Source: Camelus ferus (lineage: Eukaryota). From it: a DNA stretch of 64,000 nucleotides. Position numbers and translations under genes: made by a program. The stretch is taken from assembly GCF_009834535.1 (NCBI RefSeq), contig NC_045697.1, positions 16,060,001 to 16,124,000 of the forward strand. Direction: 5' to 3'. The notes beneath the pieces are model-generated. The model made no database searches and was not told where the DNA came from. It was given only the letters and a program-made list of their open reading frames with translations. The stretch's first letter is position 1. The number at the start of each line of letters is the position of its first letter. Shown here one piece after another: positions 24,001 through 35,920 of the stretch.

Positions 24001-25235
24001 AAAAATAAAATAACAATAAAACAACAATAACAATAGCATCAAAATACCTAGAAATGAATGTAACAAAGGCATGGAAGACTAGTACACTGAGATTGACAGA
24101 GAAATTACAGAACAGAGAGGGTTACCATGTTCATGGGTTGGAAGACTATTTTTTAAAATGTAGCTTCTTCTTGAATTAAGTTTAATGTAATCCAAATTCA
24201 AATCCCAGAGAATCTTTTTTTTCTGTAGATTTTATTAGGCTTATTCTACATTTTTATCAAGAGGATAAACTATAATACTTCTAGGAGGTAGCAAGTACTT
24301 CTCAGTTTCATTAAAAAATGTTTTGCTAACCATAAAATGTGCTAAATAAGGCTCAGTCTACAGTAAAACCTTTTCTTTGAAAAGCAGTATTAAGAATAAA
24401 ATCAAGCCACAGACTAGGGGGAAATAATCACTGTATATGATTCCGACAAAGGACTTTTATCAAGAATGTCTAAAAAATTTGACAACTCAATAATAAGAAG
24501 CTAACAAATCAATTAAAAATGGAGTTTAAATTTGTAGATACTGACAGGCATATGTAGAATAGATAAACAAGATTATACTGTATAGCACAGGGAAATACAT
24601 TCAAGATCTTGTGGTAGCTCACAGCAAAAAAAAATGTGACAATGAACATATGCATGTTAATGTATAATTGAAAAATTGTGCTCTACACTGGAATTTGACA
24701 CAACATTGTAAAATGACTATAAATCAATTAAAAAATGTTTAAAAAATGGATAAAATATTTGAATGAACACTTCACAAAGGCTTACAAATAGCCAATAAGC
24801 TTGTGAAGAGTTGCTGGACATTATTGGGCATCAGAAAATGCAAATTAAACCATTGTGAGATAACATTTCACATCCATTAGAAAGGCTAACATTTTAAAAA
24901 GACCAAGAATACCAAGTGTTGGCAAGGATGTAAAGGAAATGGAATCATCACACCATGTTGATGAGGTCATAAAATAATACTGAAAAACAGTTTTTTAGCT
25001 TTTATGAAACAAAGCATAAAGCTATCTTGTGACCACTTCCACTCACAGATATTTATTTAAGAGAATGGAAGGCATATACTCACAAAAAGAGAATTGTACA
25101 CATATATTCACAGTAGTTTTATTCACGGTTGTCAAAATTGGAAACTAGTCTAATATTCATCAATAGGTAAGTGTATAAGCAAGTTGTGGTATAACAATAC
25201 AATGGAAAAACTACCCAGACATACACAGAACAAAT
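21030..25235 (+). mobile_element. Old, internally deleted long L1 (L1M) with ORF1 and ORF2 remnants
   Basis: ORF 21840..22076 KGKEKILKSAAKKRLITFRGTAIQATATFFKETMDSRRPW is an L1 ORF1p C-terminal remnant; ORF 23505..23738 IILSTDVEIAADKIQHLFILKSL is an L1 RT remnant; strongly A-rich sense strand. Confidence 0.9.
24521..24745 (+). mobile_element. Young camelid-type L1 3' end nested in the old L1
   Basis: 'gatactgacaggcatatgtagaatagataaacaagattatactgtatagcacagggaaatac...'; TSD aaaaatgga at 24515-24523 and 24742-24750. Confidence 0.9.
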
Positions 25236-25249
25236 CAAAGATACAACAG

Positions 25250-25390
25250 ACTTCAGGAGAGATATACCACCGTTTCTGTCCTTTTCTATTGCTCACATGG
25301 CTGATCTTATAACATGTCAAAGAACTACACATAGTGCTATGAAGGTGTGACTACCAGAAGGTTGGGGTCATTTTGGAGGCAGGCTGCTTC
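25250..25390 (-). mobile_element. MLT1 LTR fragment
   Basis: 'aaggtgtgactaccagaaggttggggtcattttggaggcaggct'. Confidence 0.55.
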
Positions 25391-26305
25391 ATCTATTTTC
25401 AAGAGGTGGCTATGTGGTAGCTATCTGGTGGTGAATTGGAATATAGAATGTCTGGAGTGGGATAGTCAAGTGGGGCTGGAAGGAAAAGTTGTGGTCAGAT
25501 TATGATAGAAAATCTGACCTGTATGTGGCAGAAATAAAACTGGCATTGTCCAAAGTAAATTATAATGGGAATTCAACTGCAGCAATGAGACTGCAAATGA
25601 TGTTGGATAAAACTCTTTCAAAAAGCCTTTGTTTTGGAAGCAAGACTAGGAAATACATGGTCCTCTTATGTCCAAAGGTATCCAATTGGCTTAGCTCATT
25701 GCTGTATGTCTGTTGATGTTGATAGATAATTTGCAAATTGTGTTGTCAACACAACATTTAATCTGCTCTGAGCAGCTCATAAACAACACTTTGATTAATT
25801 CTTTCAGCCTGTGTCTTCTGGACAAGATTTACAGAGCTCTGCTTATTTGGATGAAAAAGAGAGAGAGACAAGCTGTCAGTAGAAGGGGAAGAGGCATGGA
25901 AAGATTTCCTTTTCTCCTTTTTGGTGCAATTGGAGAAGTATTTTTAAGTCAGGATTTTAAATGTTTGGTTCCACAAGGGGTAGATTTCTCAGCGGAACTT
26001 AGCAACTGGCACGAGGTTCAAGTGGAGTTAAGTCAGGACAGACTGGCGGTGGAGAACTGTAGAGGGGTGAGAGTCGGCCAAGCCTAAGGCAGGAGATGAC
26101 TTTCTGAATTAGCCAGTTAGTTCCAGAAACCTGTTGGACGATTACAACTCAGAGAGCTTGCCATGCACACTCTCTATGGAATGTGGAAATACTGTGTTAA
26201 ATAGAATTCTGTTCAACAAACACAGTTTACAAAAGAACTCGAATTAAAAAGAAACTTTTATAATATGAAATATAAAGAAAATGTACATTATTATTAAGAG
26301 ATTCA

Positions 26306-26343
26306 GTGTGTGCATGTGTGTGTGTGAGAGAGACAGAGAGAGA
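26306..26343. repeat. (TG)n(GA)n compound microsatellite
   Basis: Directly visible. Confidence 0.8.
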
Positions 26344-28674
26344 AATTGAGTCCGTCACTATCTTTTTGTGTATTGCTATGTGCCAGTTTTTTCCCCTGGC
26401 CCCTAAATCTGTTTAGTTGGGCAGTTTCTATTAATTTTGGCTTTGAAATAATTTTTCCATTGAAGCATGCCTTTTAATCGGCACCTCTCTCTACCTTTGT
26501 TGATTTAGCCTAGCCAAGATAAGTGAATGGAGTTCTAAACACTGTTCATAGAATACTCTTGTATCACTTTGAAACACTGTCATCATCCAGCAACTTAGGC
26601 AGGCAAAAAACCTGGAAGTGAATGTCATTGGGAATAAGGTCCTTTTGTAGCAATTATGACACAAGATATACAGGCAGTCTGTGGCTGATAGGGGAAAAAA
26701 GACCCAAGAAAATAGCTATCTAATAATTTCAGGACTATTGGAAATGTAAATAACCTAACACCACAATTCCTCCTTGAGTTTGTTCCCTTTTATTCCTGTC
26801 TCCTCTCAAAGGGATAAATATGATTTTTATGAGCTGCATTTTGGAATGCACACATTTCCAGAGATCATGCCAAGTGCTTCTTTTGTTGTTCACATCTGCA
26901 TCTTTCGATATGATGAAGAGCCGACAAGAAAGTCAATTTTGTTTTGTTCCCTTGACAAATAAAGTTCACTTTGGGACACAATTGGAAAAAAACAAACATT
27001 TCATCCATGCCAGAAAACCAAAGTTGAATTTTCCATTAGTGGTAGTTACAGGTTGTTAAGTCATATGCAAGGCCCTTGGAAATATTACCCCAGTTTCAGA
27101 AATTAGTAATTATATTGACCTTGACATCTGTCCTCGTTACATTGTTCCCAGCTCACACAATTAGTTTAGCTGAGAATGTCATCAAAACCCTGTGTTTTAG
27201 ATCTATTTCTAGTAAGAAGCTCCTTCAAATCATCGCCCCATGAAAATTACGATATTAAGGACACAAAGGTATATGTGTATCTAATTGCAGTAATTGTGTT
27301 GAGAAAGAATTCATATAAATCTCCTTTAGGGAGATTTATTCCATTTGATGGCCTTAATGTACTCTCTTAAAACTGAAATGATTTCAAAGCATTGTTCTAC
27401 AAAAGATTATCAGCAATTATTGTATATGAAAAGAGACAGGGTGGAAGAGAACAATTTGAGAGGTTCACGTTGTGAAATAAACTTCAGGCTTTTAACTGAA
27501 GGATGGCAGAGCCTGACTAAAGCCCTGTGATTCTGGAACTCCCCTGTTTCTTGTGCTCACTCCCTCTCCCAACTCCTGGATCACAATTTGTTGGAAGCAT
27601 CATTGTTGTAGAAGCAATATGCTGACAAGGTCTAAATGTAACACTACCCTCCTAAAAAATGAGGGAATCACATCCTCACGCGAAGAGGAAAATACCTAGT
27701 GATTTCCAATATTCTGAAAATAGCAATAGTCTATTGGGTTTATTTCATGATTATAAAAGCCTAATAATCCATGATAGCCGAAAGCAAATGTGATTTATTA
27801 GGCTCTCTCGCAGACAGAAGATAAACCCATAATGTGCAGGCAAACATTTTTTTTTTTAAAGGAGCGTGTTAAAAAGAAAATAGTCAAGAGCTTGTTTACT
27901 CTGTAGCTCCAGAAAGTGATGATTTAAGTCTCTGAAATATCAGAGCTGATGAATGGTAGAAGCCAAATTATAACTGTTGTTCTATGGTGAGATAAACTTT
28001 CACCTCCGTGAAGAAAATATAGATTACTGAAACTGATTGCAAGCAATCAGCCATGTATATTCTTCTTCCCTAACTGAGCAATGTTTGAATTTGTGCCTTT
28101 CAGACAAACACATTAATAACATTTAGCCACTAGGTATTTGTGGAAGAAATTGGAAATTGTTTTTAATTTGTTGGTTTGGTGAAGCGATAATATATTGAGT
28201 CATAAGGGAGGGGGGATAAAGAAACTATTGGTATAGGATTTCTATTTGCATATGTAAATATGTTAATGCACACAGAGCTCTGTGGTTCTTAGAAACTCTC
28301 CCACATGAAGGAAAGGGTTAATAGACAGGGCGATCTGAAAAACTGCAGGACCACGTTGTGAAATGTGGATTTAACACATAACTCATTGGAGGCCCCCGTG
28401 AGTTATGGGCCTCATTTACTGCGTATTACAGACATTTTTTCCATATTCCTTTTCAACAAGGCATCTGGTTGAAATTAGTTTCATCTTGGGTTTTCTAGGC
28501 TCTTTCATGGGTTGTTGTCTGCAACAAACTGTGATACTCCTGCTCTTTTGACTCTATAATAAGATGCCATGAGGTGCGGTTCTTTAATTACCCCGTGAGG
28601 CGATGCCCCATGAACGTGGTCTGTATTAGGCACAAGCAGAGTAAGAGTTTGAATCAAGAATTCACACTCAGCTG

Positions 28675-28830
28675 ATGAACTTATAGAAGCTGTAAGTTCC
28701 TTATGGATGAGGGGTAAAAGTCAGTGATGGTTGAGGTGGAGGCAGGGACAGTTTGGGATGAAAACATTCAAACGCACCTTAGTTGAGTTAGGAGAGGGGT
28801 CCCTGAGATAGGGAACAGCATCCTGAGAAG
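28675..28830 (-). mobile_element. L2 fragment
   Basis: 'ccttagttgagttaggagaggggtccctgagatagggaacagcat' is reversed L2-like. Confidence 0.4.
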
Positions 28831-29119
28831 GTGAGGATATTAAAGGACCCCGTTTCCCATCACCTAGCTCATAAATCATATTTCCAGTTACTTTACATGA
28901 TTTATGAGAGGCTGGCTGTCTGCATGATCAGTAAGTCACATTAAAAATGGCAATTGGTACTTCAAAACAGAGCTTCCTAATACCAATCCAGATCTCAGAG
29001 AAGGCAGATCTCAGCAGACAAGTCATCTGAAAGCTGGGGGCAAAACCAGGCATCCAGAGTTTGTTCTCCATCTCTGAAATTCAAAAGGTAAAATTAAAAT
29101 ACTGAGTGGGAAACATGCT

Positions 29120-29230
29120 GGGCAGAAATCATGACCAGTTTGGGCTTTTTCTCACTACTCTAACCTTGGTGAAGTCATTTATTTTTTTGGACTTCAGATG
29201 CTTTTCAGTAAAATAAAGGATTTTGGGGCC
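29120..29230 (+). mobile_element. MIR-family fragment
   Basis: 'taaccttggtgaagtcattta...cttcagatgcttttcagtaaaataaagg'. Confidence 0.5.
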
Positions 29231-29254
29231 TTCCTATTCCTAAATACATATTAT

Positions 29255-29495
29255 GCATATGTAAAAATTACATATTCCTATTATGTAAATATGTTTATAT
29301 CTTGTTTCTTATCTATGTACATATTACATGTTATGTGATATGTCTTTGTATATAGATATGATAATTCCTTAAAAATGTGAAAGAAACTGTAGAAAATATA
29401 AACATCTTTACATATACATACATATATAAGAAGTGTATATACATGTATGTGCCCATATATATGTGTGAAATAATGTATATATATTATATATAAGA
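29255..29495. repeat. TA-rich low-complexity tract
   Basis: Degenerate (TA)n/(TACA)n. Confidence 0.75.
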
Positions 29496-29737
29496 AGATT
29501 TGTTGACTGTTCAGCACTATCAGCTTAGGGGTTCTTGTTACCTAATTTTACTTGTTATTCTGAAAATCATAAACGCTGACACCTGAAATTGTTACATTTA
29601 CGAATGAGACTGTAAAGTAGAATCAAGCACTCTATTCAGTATTACAGTTGTGAAAAGGTAACTATACTGTTTTCCGTTAGAAATAAAAACCTTAGAGGAA
29701 ATTGCTATTTGACACTGATCTTGCATAAATGGAAGCT

Positions 29738-30032
29738 TAAAACAGAAATTTATAAAGGATAGAGAATAAGTTTATGGTTATCAGGGGAGAAAGCAGGGAG
29801 TGAAGGGGTAAATTGGGAGTTTGGAATTTGCAGATACTAACTACTTTAGATAAAATAGATACACAACAAGGTCCCACTGCATAGCCCAGGGAACTATATT
29901 CAACACCTTGTAATAGCCTATAATGAAAAAGAATATGAAAAGGAATATGTATATGTATAACTGAATTGCTATGCTGTCTACCAGAAACCAACACAACATT
30001 GTAAACTGACCATACTTCAGTTAAAAAAAAAA
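29738..30032 (+). mobile_element. Artiodactyl-type L1 3' end
   Basis: 'aaattgggagtttggaatttgcagatactaactact...cagggaactatattcaacaccttgtaatagcctataatgaaaaagaatatg' plus poly(A). Confidence 0.9.
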
Positions 30033-30130
30033 ACTTTTTAAAGCATGTCTTGTTATTTTATATTAGTGAAAATAAATTCCACTTCAAGAGTGAATTAAAA
30101 TTAATAATTTTGCTGTTAGGCTTTTATTCT

Positions 30131-30425
30131 TTTCTTTTAATTCTTATTTTTCTATTAAAGTGTAGTTGATGTACAATGTTAGTTCTAGGTGTACAGCAAA
30201 GTGATTCAGTTATACATATACATACATACATATATACACACACATATATTTTCAGTTTCTTTTCCATTATGGCTCATTACAAGAAATTGAATATGCTATA
30301 CAGTAAGTCCTTGTTATTTATCTATTTTATATCTAGTAATGTGTTACCTGTTAATCCCAAACTCCTAATCTATCCTCCCCCATTCCCACCCCTGGCAGCC
30401 ACAGTTTGTTTTCTATGTCCAGGAG
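30131..30425 (-). mobile_element. Artiodactyl-type L1 3' end with ~19-bp TSD
   Basis: 'ggtgtacagcaaagtgattcagttatacat'; TSD gctgttaggcttttattct (30112-30130) vs gctattagacttttattct (30426-30444). Confidence 0.9.
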
Positions 30426-30891
30426 GCTATTAGACTTTTATTCTAATGCAGCTTATCCATGTTTGGATTTTATGTTGGAGGACTGCTACATTTTTTGAAG
30501 AGCTCTCTGCAGGAGAAAATTCAGTATCTACTGATCTCTTGCAAAAGGCACTCTCTAACCCATTATATTATCTGGAAGTTGTGTTTTCCTGAACACATCA
30601 GCCATAAATAAGACTCAACAGGTCACTGATAAACTGAGAAGCAGAACACTTAGGAGCTCAGAATTATTTGACAGATTGGATCAGTTGAGAATTATAAAAC
30701 TTAAACTTGTTATTACTTGTTAAACAGGAATTTAGATACAAGTTTCCCCCTAACAAACTGTCCATTGCCCTTGTAGGTCAAGAGGTTGCTGACCTCTGGT
30801 GCCTGTGCCCATTAGCTAGAACCACTGCCCCATCTCAAGCTCTTATCAGCCACCTTAGGTCAACTTTCCTTCAGATTTGGTTATTTGGTCT

Positions 30892-31245
30892 TGTCTTAGT
30901 TAAGGCTGCTGTAACAAAATACCATAGACTGAGTGACTTAAACAACAGACATTGAGTTTTCACAATTCTGAAGCCTGGGAAGTCCAAGATCAAGGTACAG
31001 GCCAATTCAGTTCCTTGTTGGTGGAGGAACACCTTCTTGCTGAATCCTCACAAACTGGAGAGAGAGAGAGAGAGAGAGAGAGCGAGCCAGCACCTCTCTC
31101 CTGTCTTTTCTTACAAGGGCACTGATCAACTTGTGAGGGCTCCATCCCCATGACCTAACTACCTCTCAAGGTTCTATCTCCAAACACCATCTTATTGAAG
31201 TTTTTACATATGAATTTTGAGGAAACACAAACACTGTCCACAGAA
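30892..31245 (-). mobile_element. MaLR solo LTR (MLT1A-like) with internal (GA)n
   Basis: 'tgtcttagttaaggctgctgtaacaaaataccatagactg...gggaagtccaagatcaagg'; 5-bp flanks ggtct/ggtca. Confidence 0.9.
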
Positions 31246-32133
31246 GGTCACTGGCCCTTTCTTCTGGAGAGACAATTCTACTGTCTCAATTAGACTCCTG
31301 TTGTTTCTTTACCCACTCACTGCCTTCAGTTTTAATCATTTTCAGTCAAGTTTTCAATGTGCTTCTGGACTGAGGATCTTGTTAGCGATGATGTTAATCA
31401 TATTTGTGTCTTTGGCTCAAGCATGCTGGCCATAAAGCCAAATTTGATTTTTCTATATGAAACCAGGAGCCATTAAAAAAATATATATATATAAAATTAT
31501 TTTCATATAGAATATGATTTTTGGAGTTAGTAAGTAGAATTTTTTGAATTCGTTTAATGTTGGTTTTATGCAATTAAAGCATTCAGAATAACAAATATAA
31601 TAAATTAAAAAAAACAAGAGTATATCATGGAGAGTGTATGTTCATTATGTAACACGACAATATAACTCTTGAAAAACATTCCATACCTACCTATGACATT
31701 TCATTTTCAATTAGATTATGTATATTCCCCCCTGAAAGAAATATAATAAATCAGAGGCCAACAGAACACCTACAAAATACAGATGGGTTATAAATCCCAT
31801 AGGTCCTCCAGGCTCCTGGTATTTTTTAAAGGCTAATCCACTGGTGGCCTGTATCTTGTGGGTGTGTGGGTATGTGAAAAAAGTTTGAAAGTATAATCAG
31901 CCAATATTTGTCTTTACCTGAATTGCAGAGGAAGAATGAGAGGGGCAAGAAACATTAAGTCCTATATTTGCTTTTTAATCAATATAGATTTGTATTATTG
32001 TCTTTAGAAAATAAGAATGCATTTGCACATTGCATGTTTAATTTAAAAACATATATTGAAACTATATTGATATTTCAAGAAGGGTTTTGATCAGATAAAT
32101 GATCTGCATAGATCATCTCATAATGAATTTCCT

Positions 32134-34246
32134 ATTTTATTTTATGTTTATTAATTTGTATTTATTACTTATTTATTTTATTGAATTATAGTCAGTTACA
32201 ATATGTCAATTTCTGATGTGCAGCATAATGTTCCAGTCATACATATATATATAATATACACATATATTCATTTTCATTAAAGGTTATTACAAGATATTGA
32301 ATATAGTTCCCTATGCTATACAGAAGAAATTTTTTTAATCTATTTTTATATACAATTGTTAATATTTGCAAATCACAAACGCCCAAATTTATCCCTTCCC
32401 AGTGCCTTTCCCCTTTCCCCTAGTAACCATAAGATTGTTTACTATGTCTGTGAGTCTATTTCTGTTTTGTAGATGAGTTCATTAGAGTCTTCTTTTTTCT
32501 TTTTTTCAGATTCCACATATAAGTGGTATCATATGGTAGTTTTCTTTCTCTTTCTGGCTTATTTCACTTAGAATGATGATCTTCAGTTCCAACTATGTTG
32601 TTGCAGATGGCATTATTTTATTATTTTTTATGGCTGAGTTGTATTCCATTGTATAAATATACTACAACTTCTTTATCCAGTCATCTGTTGACAGACATTT
32701 AGGTTGCTTCCACGTCTTGGCTATTGTAAATAGTGCTGCTATGAACATTGGGGTGCTTGAATCCTTTCAAGTTAGAGTTCCCTCAGGATATGTGCCCAGG
32801 AATAGATTGCTGGATCATATGGTAAGTCTATTTTTAGTCTTTTGAGTAATCTCCATACTGTTTTCCATAATGGTTGTACCAAACTACATTCCCACCAACA
32901 GTATAGGAGGGTCCCCTTTTCTCCACAGCCTCTCCAGCATGTATTGCTTGTGGACTTTTGAATGATTGTCATTCTGACTGGTATGAGGTGATACCTCATA
33001 GTAGTTTTTATTTACATTTCTCTGATAATTATCAATATTGAGCATTTTTTCATGGGCCCACTGGCCATTTGTATGTTTTCACTGGAGAATTGCTTGTTTA
33101 GATCTTCTGCCTACTTTTGGATCAGGTTTTTTTTTGTTGTTGTTGCTGTTGTTAAGTTGTATGAGCTGTTTATACATTCTGGAAATTAAGCCTTTGTCAG
33201 TTGCCTCATTTGCAAATATTTTCTCCCATTCTATAGCTTGTTGTTTTGTTTGTTTATGATTTCATTTGCTGTGCAATGAATTGGGTCCCATTTGTTAATT
33301 TTTGCTTTTATTTCTCTAGCCCAGTAGACTGCCCTAGGAGAACATTGCTAAGATTTATGTCAGAGAAGGTTTAGCCTATGTTTTCTTGTAGGAGGTTTAT
33401 TGTGTCTTGTCTTGTATTTAAGTCTTTAAGTCATTTTGAGTTTATTTTTGTGTATGGTGCAAGGAAGTGTTCTAACTTCATTGATTTGCATGCTGCTGTC
33501 CAGTTTTCCCAACACCACTTGCTGAAGAGACTGTCTTCTCTCCATTGTATATTCTTCTCTCCTTTATCAAAGATTAATTGACCAGAAGTTTGTGGGTTTA
33601 TTTCTGGGCTCTCTGTTCCATTGATCCATATGTCTGTTTTTGTGTCAATACCATCCTGTTTTGATTACTATTTCTCTGTGTTATTGTCTGAAGTCTAGAA
33701 GGGTTATTCCTCCAGCTTCATTCTTTTCCTTTACTATTGCTTTGTCAATTCTGGGTCTTTTGTGATTTAATATAAATTTAAAATTATTTGTTCTAGTTCT
33801 GTGAAAAATGTCATGGTAATTTAATAGGGGTTGCTTTGAATATGTAGATTGCCTTGGGCAATATAGCCATTCTAACAATATTGGTTCTTCCAATCCAAGA
33901 GCATGGGATATCTTTCCATTTCTTTAAATCATCTTTAGATTCCTTAATTAACATTTTTCAGTTCTCCATGTGTAAGTCTTTCACCTCCTTGGTCAGATTT
34001 ATTCCTACATATTTTATTTACTTTTTTGAATACAATTTTAAAGGGGATTATTTCTTTCCTTTCTGGGTATTTCATTGTTAGGGTAAACTAATGCTACTGA
34101 TTTCTGTATGTTAATCTTGTCCCCTACTCCCTTGCCAAATTCTTTTATCAGCTCTAGTAGTTTTTGTGTAGAGTCTTTAGGGTTATATATATATAGAATC
34201 ATATCATCTGCGTATAGCGACAATTTTACCTCTTCTCTTCTAATTT
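32134..34246 (-). mobile_element. Camelid-type L1: ORF2 3' half, 3' UTR and tail
   Basis: ORF 34038..34223 [10 protein letters not shown] (RT YADD at 34214-34203); ORF 32772..32999 [10 protein letters not shown]...[18 protein letters not shown] (ORF2p C-terminus); A-rich tail at the left end. Confidence 0.95.
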
Positions 34247-34474
34247 CTCCTTTGCTGTTCCCTGGGGGTCAGGTCCCACACTGACTTCCTTTTTCTTTCT
34301 TTCTTTTTTTTTTCTACCAATTTTGTGAGGATTTACTTGTATTTCTGATGTAAGGGATATTCTACCAAAGGTCAGTAGGTATTCTCTGTGATTTGCTCTG
34401 TATATAGGTGTAGATTTTTCTGTATTTCTGGGAGATGGTGAGCTAGGCATTCTACTCTTCTGCCATCTTGGTCC
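34244..34474 (-). mobile_element. L1 5' UTR start fused to the ORF2 segment
   Basis: Minus strand begins 'ggaccaagatggcagaagagtag...gctcaccatctccc'; YY1 motif CAAGATGGC at 34470-34462 is typical of L1 5' ends. Confidence 0.75.
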
Positions 34475-34484
34475 TGCAAGTTTT

Positions 34485-34754
34485 TTCTAAGGGCTTCCTC
34501 TGACCTCTGCAGCCCACTCCATCTGAGTATGAGACTAGAGTTATGGAGGATTAACACCCGCAGAAACTCCTCTCATTCTATGGCTGATGGAAGTTGGTGT
34601 ATAAATACCCCAGCTCCCTCATATAACTCTGAGACACATGTTATCTCTCTACCAGTGCTTCCCTCTGCCAGTTCTCCCTCTACCATCTCTCAAATAAATT
34701 ACATCCACTTTAATCTCAGCAATGACTGTTTCTGGTGTAAGCAAAACTAACACA
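34485..34754 (+). mobile_element. LTR16-family (ERVL) LTR, 5'-truncated
   Basis: 'gaagttggtgtataaataccccagctccctc...ataactctgag...caaataaa...aaactaacaca'. Confidence 0.8.
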
Positions 34755-35209
34755 CCATTATAACTTTAATTGGTGTGAATATTCTAGAATAATTTTTTCA
34801 AATTTACAGTGGTACACAATTCACTAACTAGAAAATACAGATTGGTATTAATGGTTCATTCTTGTTTGTTTGTTTTTTTAATGTGAGGGACTCTTTTTTG
34901 CAACAAATGTTTAGTATCTTCAAAAGAGAGGAGCTAGGTATTTTGTATGTACTGAATAAGAAAATGCAGGATGCATATCTAGTTTTGAGAACATTTTGAA
35001 ATAAATTTGCTTATTTGAGTTTTTTTTTCTTTCCTAATAAAATTGAGGCTTTGTTAGGTCACAAATGTTACTTTGTTCACTATTGAATTTCCAGAGGTGA
35101 GAACAGGGACTGATGCATAATAAGCATTCAATACATATTTCTGAACAAATGAACAATGTAGAAGCCCAAGAGTTCTTCTTTGTTTTGGGCTTAGCTACAG
35201 TAATTTGTG

Positions 35210-35320
35210 AATACGGCTGCATGAAAATATCTGAGAAATATTAAAAAAACACAAATCCTGGATAGCATCCCCCCAAATAGTAAATTGGGAGGTGTAGAGT
35301 AGGGTCCAAGAATTTAGCTG
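35210..35320. mobile_element. MER5-like hAT-Charlie MITE fragment
   Basis: 'ggctgcatgaaaatatctgagaaatattaaaaaaacacaaatcctgg...gggtccaagaattt'. Confidence 0.5.
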
Positions 35321-35399
35321 TACCCATACATACATCCCATACATACATATATCTATATGTGCATGTGTATTTTGATTTTCTGTTTTTAAACAAGTATCT

Positions 35400-35920
35400 A
35401 ATTATTATTTTAGCATTTCAAATATAGTAATATTTCTGCATAACAGCTTCTTACAAATGAATTGCTGATCAAAGGGAATGCATTTTACATGTTTGCAAAA
35501 TAAGACATTGTCAAATTTCCCTCCAAAAAATCCCAAATTTGAAATATATCAAGTTTAACACATAACAGATTCACACATGTAAATCAGTCTGTTTCTAGAC
35601 TACCTATAATTTTTCTTTGATCTACTCCTCTTTCCTCATACCTGTATCATATTATTTGAATTTCTGTTAAGTGTATAATACATGCTATTATTTGGTAACA
35701 CAAGACCTTATTATTATTCTACCTTTTAAAACATTTTCCAAGACCTCTTGCATATTTTCTTTTCATCTTATCAAGTTCTATGAAATTGTCTTGTTGGGAT
35801 TTTAACAGCTATTTAACTGAAATTTCAGTTTAATGTGGGGGAAATTAATATATTTACATTTATGTCTTCTCTTCCAAGAACATGGCATATCTGCATTAAT
35901 TCAGATACTATTTTATGGCC
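35400..35920 (-). mobile_element. Very old L1M fragments
   Basis: 'gaattgctgatcaaagggaatgcatttt...caaatttccctccaaaa' and 'tcttctcttccaagaacatggcatatct'. Confidence 0.6.
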
